Of a stretch of 29,618 nt of DNA, positions 7,891-16,083 are shown piece after piece. Source of the stretch: an uncultured Oscillospiraceae bacterium (GTDB taxonomy: Bacteria; Bacillota; Clostridia; Oscillospirales; Oscillospiraceae); contig CAZBOR010000007.1 of the NCBI GenBank assembly GCA_964493585.1, positions 1 through 29,618 on the forward strand, written 5' to 3'. Made by a program: the position numbers and the translations under genes. Under the pieces are notes generated by a model that was not told the origin of the DNA, ran no database searches, and saw nothing but the letters and a program-made list of their open reading frames with translations. How positions within the stretch are numbered: position 1 is the first letter of the stretch; the number at the start of each line of letters is the position of its first letter.

Positions 7891-8430
7891 ATGGAATTAA
7901 AGGGGTCAAAGACCGAGAGCAACCTGATGGCGGCCTACGCGGCGGAATCCGAGGCCAGGAACAACTACACCTTTTATGCGGGCGTCGCCCGGCGGGACGG
8001 CTACGAGCAGATCGCGGCCATCTTTGAGGAGACGGCCGCCAACGAGAAGGAGCACGCGGAGCTGTGGTACAAATACCTCAACGGCGGCGACTTCTCGGAC
8101 ACCGGGGCAAACCTGGCCGCGGCTGCCCAGGGGGAGCGGTACGAGCATACGGAGATGTATCCCCGGTTTGCCAGGGAGGCCAGGGAGGAGGGCTTCGAGG
8201 AGATCGCCCAGCGCATGGAGCGGGTGGCCCGGGTGGAGCGGGAGCACGAGGAGCGCTACCGGAAGCTGCTCCGGAATGTGGAAAATGGTCTGGTGTTCTC
8301 CAGGGATGGAGACATGGTCTGGCAGTGCCGCAACTGCGGCCACATCCACGTGGGAAAATCCGCGCCGTCGGTGTGTCCCGTGTGCAACCATACGCAGGCG
8401 TACTTCCAGCTCAAGCCGGAAAATATTTGA
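7891..8430 (+). CDS. rbr: Rubrerythrin: ferritin-like diiron domain plus C-terminal rubredoxin-like domain
   Basis: RBS AGGAGG at 7878-7883 is followed by ATG 7891. Diiron ligand motifs E..E.H appear twice ([10 protein letters not shown] / EKEHAELW and ERYEHTEMY / EREHEERY). The C-terminus reads CRNCGHIH...CPVCNH. Stop TGA at 8428-8430. Confidence 0.9.
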   Translation: MELKGSKTESNLMAAYAAESEARNNYTFYAGVARRDGYEQIAAIFEETAANEKEHAELWYKYLNGGDFSDTGANLAAAAQGERYEHTEMYPRFAREAREEGFEEIAQRMERVARVEREHEERYRKLLRNVENGLVFSRDGDMVWQCRNCGHIHVGKSAPSVCPVCNHTQAYFQLKPENI

Positions 8431-8433
8431 GGT

Positions 8434-9945
8434 TCATTCCCGCATATAGGCCCTTGCGTCCTTCATAAAGCTCAATATAATCAGGACCAGTACCGCCGCG
8501 ATGGGGAAGGCGGCGACGATGCTCACCGACTGGAGGGCGTTCATGGAGCTTTCCGCAAAGACCAGCGCCATGGGCAGCAGGATCAGCAGGATGCACCACA
8601 TGAGCTGTACCAGCTTGTGCGGCGCGGCCCCATCGCTCAGGGTGTGGTAGCTGTAGCAGGAGGCCGTCAGGGCGATGGAGTCAAAGCTGGTGGCGTAGAA
8701 GGCCACCATGGTCAGCAGCACCAGCGCCAGCACCAGCGGCGCGCAGGGCAGCGTGCTCAGAATGGACACGATGAGGCCGTACAGGTCCCCGGTCTCCTGA
8801 TAGATGCCGAGAAAGTCCGCCCCGCCGGTCATCTGCAGGCCCATGGAGTAATTTCCGAGGATGATGAAGCTCACCACGGTGGACCCGGCCCCGAAGCAGT
8901 AGCCGCCCAGGATGGTCTGCCGCACGGTGCGGCCCTGGGAGATGTTCCCAATGAAAAAGGGCGCGGCCACGCACCAGACCATCCAGTAGGCCCAGTAGTA
9001 GATGGTCCAGTTCTGGGGAAACGAGGTGGTGCGTAGGGGGTCTGTGTAGGTGGACAGCTCCGGGAAGTTTTGCAGCATCCGGCCCAGGGAGGAAAGCCCC
9101 GTTTCGAGGATATACCGGGTCTGCCCGCCCAGCAGCAGCACATAGGCCAGCAGACCGAAGAACAGATAGATGCAGACCTTGGCCAGAATACAGATGCCCC
9201 GGAACCCGTGGAGCAGGGAATAGGTATAGACCACACAGGTGACAGCCAGGATGGCGATCGTCACGGCGGTTCGGTTCAGCTCCGTGTGGAACAGCGCCTC
9301 CAGGAGGCTCGCCATCAGCGGCGTGGCCACGCTGAAGGTGGTGGCGGTGCCTGCCAGCAGCGCAAACACCGCCAGCAGGTCAATGATGCGGCCGGGGATG
9401 CCGTCGGTGTGACGGCCCAGGATGGGACGGCAGGCCTCGGAGTATTTCTGGCGGTCCCGTCCCCGGACGTGGAGCATGAATCCGAAGGCCACGGCCAGCG
9501 TCAGATAGAAGCTCCAGGGGATCAGGCTCCAGTGGAACAGCGGGAACACGCCCGCCCAATCCTGGATGCTGCCCAGCTCCGCCAGGTGCGGGTCGGAGGC
9601 GTACAGGATCCACTCGGACAGGGAGTAGAACAGGATGTCCGCCGCCAGACCGCAGGTGAACATCATGCAGCCCCAGGCGAAGAAGGAATACCTGGGCGTT
9701 TCGTTTTTGCCGCCCAGGACGATGGTTCCGTATTTGGACAGGGCGATATACAGGCTCAGCAGAAAAACGCCAAGGCCGATCACCAGATAGTACCCGCCGA
9801 AGGTATCTCCAAAGAAGAACCGTATCTGGCCCAGGACCTGGGTGCTGCGCTCCGGATAGAGGAGGAACAGCGCGCAGAGGGTCACGATCAGGCCCAGGGG
9901 TACCAGAGTGATAAGCCAGTCGATGCTTCGTGCCGGACGTTTCAT
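8434..9945 (-). CDS. BCCT-family (betaine/carnitine/choline) transporter, likely the choline importer of the lic-like operon
   Basis: ATG is the reverse complement of 9943-9945, preceded by AAGGAGG with 9-nt spacing. The first 7 codons in the track (TTG at 9966) are rejected. Twelve TM helices are predicted, and the BCCT signature WTIYYWAYWMVWCVAAPFFIGNISQGRTVRQ is present. The start overlaps the upstream gene's stop as ATGA. Confidence 0.8.
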   Translation of the reverse strand: MKRPARSIDWLITLVPLGLIVTLCALFLLYPERSTQVLGQIRFFFGDTFGGYYLVIGLGVFLLSLYIALSKYGTIVLGGKNETPRYSFFAWGCMMFTCGLAADILFYSLSEWILYASDPHLAELGSIQDWAGVFPLFHWSLIPWSFYLTLAVAFGFMLHVRGRDRQKYSEACRPILGRHTDGIPGRIIDLLAVFALLAGTATTFSVATPLMASLLEALFHTELNRTAVTIAILAVTCVVYTYSLLHGFRGICILAKVCIYLFFGLLAYVLLLGGQTRYILETGLSSLGRMLQNFPELSTYTDPLRTTSFPQNWTIYYWAYWMVWCVAAPFFIGNISQGRTVRQTILGGYCFGAGSTVVSFIILGNYSMGLQMTGGADFLGIYQETGDLYGLIVSILSTLPCAPLVLALVLLTMVAFYATSFDSIALTASCYSYHTLSDGAAPHKLVQLMWCILLILLPMALVFAESSMNALQSVSIVAAFPIAAVLVLIILSFMKDARAYMRE

Positions 9946-10670
9946 CGGTCCATGCCTCCTTCCCAATCGGAGCGGTAGCTGGGGTCCAGCTCCGCCAGCT
10001 CCCGGAGACTGTCGATCTCCCGGACGGCGTCTGGCGGCATCTCCCGTATGCCCAGGCTGTATTTTTCCGGGTGGCAGAACAGCGGCACGTCGTCCCAGTA
10101 GAGCTGACGGTTTTGCTTCTGCTCAAATTCCAGCTCCAGGTGGGCTCGGAGGCGGCGGCCGTCCTCCGCGTTCCAGCGGGAGATGCTGTAGAGGATATAG
10201 CCGCCGGAGCCGCCGCTGCGGCTGCACGAGGTGATGATCCCGTCCTCAACGGTCAGCAGCCACTCCCCGGTGCTGCCGTCGGTCCGGACGCAGTTGTAGC
10301 CGGAGCGCTCAAATTCCGGCCGGAGCACGGTGTCGTCATAGATGACCTGGTCCCCGTCGAGTATGATGGCGTCCTCCAGATGGGACCGGGCCACATACAG
10401 GGAGGAGATATTGCCGCAGGTCCGGTAGTAGGGATTTTCGATCAGATGGAGGCCGGGATAGGCCCGTTCCAGCGGGGCAAACAGCTCCTTGAGATACCCC
10501 ACCACAACATAGATTTCGTGGATGCCCTGGCGGCGCAGGCCGGTAATGGCCGTTTCGATCATGGGAACGCCGCCCACAGGCACCAGGGGCTTGGGAATGG
10601 TCAGGGTCAGAGGCCGCATACGGAGTCCCAGCCCGGCGGCCATGAGGATCGCACGCTTTACCCGGTACAT
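9942..10670 (-). CDS. LicC-like sugar-phosphate/choline-phosphate nucleotidyl (cytidylyl)transferase, 242 aa
   Basis: ATG is the reverse complement of 10668-10670 with RBS GGGAGGTGA. The N-terminus RAILMAAGLGLRMRPLTLTIPKPLVPV carries the G-x-G-x-R glycine-rich loop of the GlmU/RmlA/LicC nucleotidyltransferase fold. The motif NISSLY and a C-terminal LYWDD segment are present. It overlaps the upstream gene by 13 nt. Confidence 0.7.
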   Translation of the reverse strand: MYRVKRAILMAAGLGLRMRPLTLTIPKPLVPVGGVPMIETAITGLRRQGIHEIYVVVGYLKELFAPLERAYPGLHLIENPYYRTCGNISSLYVARSHLEDAIILDGDQVIYDDTVLRPEFERSGYNCVRTDGSTGEWLLTVEDGIITSCSRSGGSGGYILYSISRWNAEDGRRLRAHLELEFEQKQNRQLYWDDVPLFCHPEKYSLGIREMPPDAVREIDSLRELAELDPSYRSDWEGGMDR

Positions 10671-12442
10671 ATCTCGTCACCTCCCGTGGCGTCCAGCATT
10701 TCCCGGACCAGCTTGTAATAGTCCTTGGCATAGCGGTACTGCCGGAGGGAGTATGCGCCGAACTCCACGCCCAGGGCCCGCTTGTACTCGCACCAGTTGC
10801 TCCAGAGCAGTCCCGCGGCGGCGATGAAGCAGTAGATTTTGATGCGTGTCTCCTTTGCACAGCCATCGGGGAAATACAGCCCGATGAGCCGGTCCACCTG
10901 GTCCCGGCTGTACATGGAATAGATGCAGAACATGGCGATGTCCAGATGCGGGTCCTGCATTCCCGCGTACTCCCAGTCGATGAGGTGCAGCTCCTCCCGG
11001 CCATGGCTGTTTTGGACAAAGAGAAAGTTGTCCGGCACCGCGTCCACATGGGTCAGCACATACGGCTCCGCGTGGGCCTCCACATAGGGACGGAGGGACA
11101 GCACCCGGTCGCGGGTCTGCCGGTAGTCCCGGTAGACCGAGGGCGCGCCATTCCACAGGGATTCATAGAATACGATCTGCCCGAACAGGTCAAAGGTGTG
11201 GTCCACCGTCAGCTTCATCCGGTGAAAGTCCCGGAGCCGCTCCATACATCGGGCGACGTCGTTCCAGTCCCGGCTGTCGCATACCCTGGCGTGGTCCAGA
11301 AACCGCGTGAGCTTATACCCGGAATCCGGGTCCATATAGACCACCGGAGGACAAAGGCCCTTTCCGGCGATGGCGGCGTAGACTGCGGCCTCCTGGCGGC
11401 GGTCTATGAGGCGGTTGGAGCCCTCTCCGGGGATCCGCATGAGATAGCTGCATCCCCGGCAGGTAAAGCGGAAGGAGCGGTTGGTCATGCCCTTTTTCAT
11501 CACCGTGATGTCCGTAAGCTCCTCAGGCCGGACCGTCAGGGCCTGGCAGATCGCGGAGATCGCGTCGGACCGCAGCTGGTTGGATCGGCTGTCCAGGTCC
11601 CGGAGCTGCTCATAGGTGTTGATCTCCACGAAGTCGGAGGCGGAAACCAGCCGGGCGGCGGTCAGCATCCGGCCATTTTGATCGAGGGCCGCCTCCCAGA
11701 AGGCGTCGTTGTACCTGGGGTCCCGGCAGAGCTCCCGGATGCGCTGCCGGACCATCGGGGCGTCCTCCTCCGTCAGATAGCAGATGCCCAGCATGGCGTT
11801 GCCCACGGAGTTCCGGGGGACGGACACAAGCTCCCGTTTCCGATTGACATGGACGGAGCTGCCGGGGTCCATTCGGTCGCTGACCATGTACCAGGAGTAC
11901 AGCTCGTGGCGGCGATAGGGGTTGTCGGCGCACCAGATGTCACAGGGGATGATGTAGCTGTTGGAGAGGTGGTCCAGAGCCAGGGCCAGAGAGTGCAGAT
12001 TGTTTCCGGCGGCATAGTCGGCATTTACGATCAGCTCCACGCCGTATTCGTCGATCAGGTATTCGTAGTGCTCCTTCATAAAGCCCACGACCACATAGAT
12101 TTCGCGGATGCCCGCCGCGTGGAGCTGCCGTATGGTCCGCTCGATGAGCCGCTGGCCATGCACCTCCAGCAGGCCCTTGGGCGTCTCGGTGTTGATGGGG
12201 ACCATCCGCATCCCAAAGCCCGCCGCGAGGATCACGGCGCGTTTCGGGGATAGGGCCTGCGCGGCGCGGACAGCCTTCTCGGTGGGCCGGGCGGAATCGC
12301 CAAGATAGCCCGCCTCCGTCAGCGATTTGAGACAGCGGTTGACCATCCCCAGACTGTGACCGGAGGCTTTGGCCAGGGCGCGCTGGCTCGAAAAGGGCCG
12401 GTCCATCAGCGCGTTCAGAATATCACATTCCTGTATGTTCAT
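10658..12442 (-). CDS. Tri-domain fusion: N-terminal winged-HTH + LicC-like cytidylyltransferase + LicA-like choline/ethanolamine kinase (LicCA-like)
   Basis: ATG is the reverse complement of 12440-12442 with RBS AAGGTGA. Residues 1-50 (ILNALMDRPFSSQRALAKASGHSLGMVNRCLKSLTEAGYL) form a MarR/TrmB-like wHTH. Residues about 70-300 form the nucleotidyltransferase fold, with AVILAAGFGMRMVPINTETPKGLL and NNLHSLA. Residues about 300-594 form the kinase, with the Brenner motif LTHVDAVPDNFLF and the choline-kinase motif IDWEYAGMQDP. Confidence 0.75.
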   Translation of the reverse strand: MNIQECDILNALMDRPFSSQRALAKASGHSLGMVNRCLKSLTEAGYLGDSARPTEKAVRAAQALSPKRAVILAAGFGMRMVPINTETPKGLLEVHGQRLIERTIRQLHAAGIREIYVVVGFMKEHYEYLIDEYGVELIVNADYAAGNNLHSLALALDHLSNSYIIPCDIWCADNPYRRHELYSWYMVSDRMDPGSSVHVNRKRELVSVPRNSVGNAMLGICYLTEEDAPMVRQRIRELCRDPRYNDAFWEAALDQNGRMLTAARLVSASDFVEINTYEQLRDLDSRSNQLRSDAISAICQALTVRPEELTDITVMKKGMTNRSFRFTCRGCSYLMRIPGEGSNRLIDRRQEAAVYAAIAGKGLCPPVVYMDPDSGYKLTRFLDHARVCDSRDWNDVARCMERLRDFHRMKLTVDHTFDLFGQIVFYESLWNGAPSVYRDYRQTRDRVLSLRPYVEAHAEPYVLTHVDAVPDNFLFVQNSHGREELHLIDWEYAGMQDPHLDIAMFCIYSMYSRDQVDRLIGLYFPDGCAKETRIKIYCFIAAAGLLWSNWCEYKRALGVEFGAYSLRQYRYAKDYYKLVREMLDATGGDEICTG

Positions 12443-12471
12443 GTACTTATCACCTTCGCTTATTCGTGAAC

Positions 12472-12489
12472 AATGCGTTCAGACGCATT
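12472..12489 (-). promoter_or_regulatory. Perfect 7-4-7 inverted repeat AATGCGT-TCAG-ACGCATT, candidate operator at the lic-like operon transcription start
   Basis: The palindrome is seen directly in the sequence. It overlaps the -10 hexamer and the predicted +1 of the minus-strand promoter. Confidence 0.6.
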
Positions 12490-12515
12490 ATAGCATATCC
12501 GGGCCGGCGGGTCAA
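12487..12515 (-). promoter_or_regulatory. Sigma-A-type promoter of the licCA-licC-BCCT operon: TTGACC, 17 nt, TGcTATAAT
   Basis: Read on the minus strand, the -35 TTGACC is the reverse complement of 12510-12515. A 17-nt spacer follows. The extended -10 TGCTATAAT is the reverse complement of 12487-12495. The start codon is 38-45 nt downstream. Confidence 0.65.
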
Positions 12516-12623
12516 GACCGGGATCCGGGGAACGACAACGGGCCTGCTTGACACAATTCCGCGCTTCGGCGGGTATGGCGCTGCGGCAACGGAGACTTTT
12601 TTCAAAAAAGTTGTTTTTATGTC

Positions 12624-12652
12624 TTGGATTTCTTGAAATAATCTGATATAAT
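12624..12652 (+). promoter_or_regulatory. tig promoter: TTGGAT, 17 nt, TGaTATAAT
   Basis: -35 at 12624-12629, extended -10 TGATATAAT at 12644-12652. The 5' UTR of about 80 nt contains a GGC-UUCG-GCC tetraloop hairpin at 12706-12715. Confidence 0.5.
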
Positions 12653-12736
12653 CTATAAGCTGTCCCAGAGTGCTTTTACATCTGGAAACCTTATATAAAA
12701 AAGTGGCTTCGGCCGTGAATACAGGAGGAAAAACCA

Positions 12737-14041
12737 ATGAACGTGAAAAGCGTAGAAAAAAACGAAAACAGTACCGCCAAGCTTGTGCTGGAATTTGACA
12801 AGGCCACCTTCCAGACTGCCCTGGATAAGGCTTACCGCCGCGTCCGGAACGACATCTATATCCCCGGCTTCCGCAAGGGCAAGGCGCCCAGGAAGATCGT
12901 GGAGGGGATGTACGGCGCCCAGGTGTTCTATGAGGACGCCATCAACCTGCTGTTCCCCGACGCATGGGAAGAGGCTACCAAGGCGGAGAATCTGAATGTG
13001 GTGGGCAGTCCCAGTATTGCCGACCTGAACGTGGAGGACAGCGGCAATCTGGTGCTCACGGTGGAGGCCGGACTGTATCCTGAGGTCACACTGGGCCAGT
13101 ACAAGGGCATCGAGGCCGAGAAGTCCGCCGTGGAGGTCTCCGAGGAGGAGATTGATGCGGAGGTCCGGAAGCTGGCCGACCGCAATTCCACCGTGGAGAC
13201 GGTGGAGCGTCCTGCGGAAAACGGCGACACCGTGGTGATCGACTACGAGGGCTTTATGAACGACGTTCCCTTTGAGGGCGGCGCGGGCGAGGGCCACAGC
13301 CTGAAGCTCGGCTCCGGCACCTTTATCCCCGGCTTTGAGGACCAGCTGGTGGGCGCGTCCGCCGGCGAGGATCGGGAGGTCAACGTGACCTTCCCGGAGG
13401 ACTACGGCGCGGAGGACCTGGCCGGAAAGCCTGCGGTCTTTAAGGTCAAAGTCAAGGAGGTCAAGGCCACCAACACGCCGGAGCTGGACGATGAGTTCGC
13501 CAAGGACGTGTCCGAGACCGCCGATACCATGGAACAGCTCCGGGACGAGCTGAAGGAGAAGCTGCTGAAGGAAAAGACGGACAGCGCCGAGAGCGCCTTC
13601 AAGGACGCCGTGATGGAAAAGGCGCTGGAGAACATGACGGCTGTGATTCCGGACGCGATGGTGGAGGAGCAGCTTGACAGCACCATGCAGCAGCTCTCCA
13701 TGAGTATGCAGCAGAGCGGCTTCACCCTGGAGCAGTATGCACAGATGATGAGTACCACCGTGCAGGGCATCCGGGACAGCCAGCGGGAATCCGCAGTGAG
13801 CCAGATCAAAAACACGCTGCTGCTGGAGAAGGTGGCCGAGACGGAGAACATCGAGATCACCGACGAGCAGGTGGAGACGGCCTATCAGAAGATGGCGGAG
13901 CAATATGAGATGGAGCTGGAAAAGGTCAAGGAGTATGTGTCGGTGGAGGAGATCCAGCGGGATCAGAAGTTCCAGAAGGCCATGGAGCTGATCGTTGACA
14001 GCGCTGTGGAGAAGGCGCCGGAGGCTCCCGCCGCAGAATAA
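12737..14041 (+). CDS. tig: Trigger factor (ribosome-associated PPIase chaperone)
   Basis: RBS AGGAGG at 12723-12728 is followed by ATG 12737. The 434-aa product has an N-terminal ribosome-binding domain including the GFRKGKAP motif, an FKBP-like middle domain and a C-terminal helical arm. Confidence 0.95.
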   Translation: MNVKSVEKNENSTAKLVLEFDKATFQTALDKAYRRVRNDIYIPGFRKGKAPRKIVEGMYGAQVFYEDAINLLFPDAWEEATKAENLNVVGSPSIADLNVEDSGNLVLTVEAGLYPEVTLGQYKGIEAEKSAVEVSEEEIDAEVRKLADRNSTVETVERPAENGDTVVIDYEGFMNDVPFEGGAGEGHSLKLGSGTFIPGFEDQLVGASAGEDREVNVTFPEDYGAEDLAGKPAVFKVKVKEVKATNTPELDDEFAKDVSETADTMEQLRDELKEKLLKEKTDSAESAFKDAVMEKALENMTAVIPDAMVEEQLDSTMQQLSMSMQQSGFTLEQYAQMMSTTVQGIRDSQRESAVSQIKNTLLLEKVAETENIEITDEQVETAYQKMAEQYEMELEKVKEYVSVEEIQRDQKFQKAMELIVDSAVEKAPEAPAAE

Positions 14042-14118
14042 TTGGGAAAGCGGGAATATTTTTCCGGAGGCGTGGCTACAATTAGCATACTGCGTTTATT
14101 TTACAAGGAGTTGTTACC

Positions 14119-14700
14119 ATGAGTTTAGTACCATATGTGGTCGAGCAGACCAGCCGGGGCGAGCGCTCCTATGACATTTTCTCCCGTCTGCTCAACGACA
14201 GGATCATTATGCTGTCGGAGGAGGTCAACTCCACCACGGCCAGCCTGATCGTCGCCCAGCTTCTCTATCTGGAGGGGCAGGACCCGGAGAAGGACATCAG
14301 CTTTTATATCAACAGCCCCGGCGGCTCCGTCACCGACGGTATGGCCATCTACGACACCATGCAGTATATCAAGTGCGACGTGTCCACCATCTGCGTGGGC
14401 ATGGCCGCCAGTATGGGCGCGTTCCTGCTGGCGGCGGGCGCCAAGGGCAAGCGTATGGCGCTGCCGAACGCGGAGATCATGATTCACCAGCCCTCCGCCG
14501 GGACCCAGGGCCAGATCACGGATATGGCCATCCACCTCAAGCGTCTGGAGACCATCAAGCGGCGCATGAACCACATCCTGGCGGAGAACACCGGCAAGAG
14601 CATCGAGACCGTCACCGCCGACTGCGAGCGCGACAACTTTATGACGGCCGACGAAGCGGTGGAGTACGGTCTGATCGACAAGGTCATCGAAAAGAGATAG
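14119..14700 (+). CDS. clpP: ATP-dependent Clp protease proteolytic subunit
   Basis: RBS AAGGAG is followed by ATG 14119. The Ser-His-Asp triad sits in its conserved contexts ([19 protein letters not shown] in the C-terminal part). The product is 193 aa. Confidence 0.95.
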   Translation: MSLVPYVVEQTSRGERSYDIFSRLLNDRIIMLSEEVNSTTASLIVAQLLYLEGQDPEKDISFYINSPGGSVTDGMAIYDTMQYIKCDVSTICVGMAASMGAFLLAAGAKGKRMALPNAEIMIHQPSAGTQGQITDMAIHLKRLETIKRRMNHILAENTGKSIETVTADCERDNFMTADEAVEYGLIDKVIEKR

Positions 14701-14719
14701 CGGAAGGGAGTCATCGCCA

Positions 14720-16000
14720 GTGGCAAGAAACAACAGTGACGAGAAGAATGTCCTCCGGTGTTCCTTCTGCGGGAAAAAGCAGGGGCAGGTCCAGCGGATC
14801 ATCGCCGGACCCGGCGTGTACATCTGTAACGAGTGTGTGAACCTGTGCAGCGATATTCTGGAGGATGAGATGTATGAGGACAGCTCCCAGGAGCTGCTGC
14901 CTGAGACCATCCCGTCGCCGAAAGCGATCAAGGAATACATGGACCAGTATATCGTGGGGCAGGAAAAGGCAAAGGTTTCCCTGTCCGTGGCGGTGTATAA
15001 TCACTATAAACGGTTATACTATGGTTCCGGCAGCGATGTGGAGCTGCAAAAGAGCAATATCCTGCTGATCGGTCCCACCGGCAGCGGCAAGACCCTGTTT
15101 GCTCAGACCCTGGCGAAAATCCTGGACGTTCCCTTTGCCATCGCCGACGCCACCACGCTGACGGAGGCGGGCTATGTGGGCGAGGATGTGGAAAACATTT
15201 TGCTCCGGCTCATTCAGGCGGCGGATTTTGACGTGGAACGGGCGGAAAAGGGCATCATCTATGTGGATGAGATCGACAAAATCGCCCGGAAGAGCGAAAA
15301 CACCTCCATTACGCGGGACGTCAGCGGCGAAGGGGTCCAGCAGGCGCTGCTGAAAATCGTGGAGGGAACGGTGGCCAACGTGCCGCCTCAGGGCGGCCGG
15401 AAGCACCCGCAGCAGGAGTTTATCCCGATCGACACCAGCAATATCCTCTTTATCTGCGGCGGGGCCTTTGACGGTCTGGATAAGATCATCGAACGCCGCA
15501 CCTCCAGCACCGGCATGGGCTTCGGCCAGGAGCTGGGAGCGCGGGGAGAGCGGGACGTGGGGGAGCTGTTTGCCCAGGTGCAGCCCCATGATATTCTGAA
15601 GTTTGGCATCATACCGGAGCTGGTGGGCCGCCTGCCGGTCATCACCAGCCTCAGCGACCTCACCAAAGAGGATATGGTGCGGATCCTGACAGAACCGAAG
15701 AATGCTCTGGTCAAGCAATACCAGAAGCTGCTGGAATTTGACGGCGTGGAGCTGGCCTTTGAGGACAAGGCTCTGGAGGCCATCGCCCAGGAGGCGCTGG
15801 ACCGCAAGGTGGGCGCACGGGGTCTGCGCTCCGTGATGGAGGGGGTCATGACGGATGTGATGTTTGAAATCCCATCGGACCTGTCCATCCAGAGCGTCAC
15901 CATCACCGAGGAAAACATCACCGGCCACACGCCGCCGGAGCTTGTGCGGGACCAGACCCGGCCCCGGCAGCCTGTCCATAAGGTCGGAAAGATCAGCTAA
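14720..16000 (+). CDS. clpX: ATP-dependent Clp protease ATP-binding subunit ClpX
   Basis: GTG start at 14720 with GGAAGGGAG upstream. N-terminal C4 zinc-binding domain (CSFCGK...CNEC), Walker A GPTGSGKT and a sensor/IGF-loop region are present. Confidence 0.93.
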   Translation: MARNNSDEKNVLRCSFCGKKQGQVQRIIAGPGVYICNECVNLCSDILEDEMYEDSSQELLPETIPSPKAIKEYMDQYIVGQEKAKVSLSVAVYNHYKRLYYGSGSDVELQKSNILLIGPTGSGKTLFAQTLAKILDVPFAIADATTLTEAGYVGEDVENILLRLIQAADFDVERAEKGIIYVDEIDKIARKSENTSITRDVSGEGVQQALLKIVEGTVANVPPQGGRKHPQQEFIPIDTSNILFICGGAFDGLDKIIERRTSSTGMGFGQELGARGERDVGELFAQVQPHDILKFGIIPELVGRLPVITSLSDLTKEDMVRILTEPKNALVKQYQKLLEFDGVELAFEDKALEAIAQEALDRKVGARGLRSVMEGVMTDVMFEIPSDLSIQSVTITEENITGHTPPELVRDQTRPRQPVHKVGKIS

Positions 16001-16083
16001 CTGTACTGGGGCTTGCCCGGACCCGTTTGGGCCTGGCCGGCCCCAGCGTGTCTATATTGCCGTTCCAGAAAGGAGCGTTTTCT

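Noticed and set aside
9942-10670. Free 242-aa gene as a LicD-type phosphocholine transferase
   Set aside because: The sequence carries the G-x-G-x-R glycine-rich loop of the GlmU/RmlA/LicC nucleotidyltransferase fold (AAGLGLRMRPLT), not LicD-family motifs.
10658-11560. Kinase domain of the fusion as AmgK/MurK (anomeric MurNAc/GlcNAc kinase) paired with a MurU-like transferase
   Set aside because: The IDWEYAGMQDP motif matches the choline/ethanolamine kinase signature hD(F/W)EY(A/S)xxN, and the adjacent BCCT transporter fits choline. This cannot be fully excluded without profile searches.
12548-12576. TTGACA hexamer at 12548-12553 as a + strand promoter
   Set aside because: There is no acceptable -10 at 16-19 nt spacing, and tig already has TTGGAT-17-TGaTATAAT at 12624-12652.
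12653-13903. 416-aa minus-strand ORF antisense to tig
   Set aside because: It lies opposite trigger factor, with Leu/His/Gly-rich low-complexity translation.
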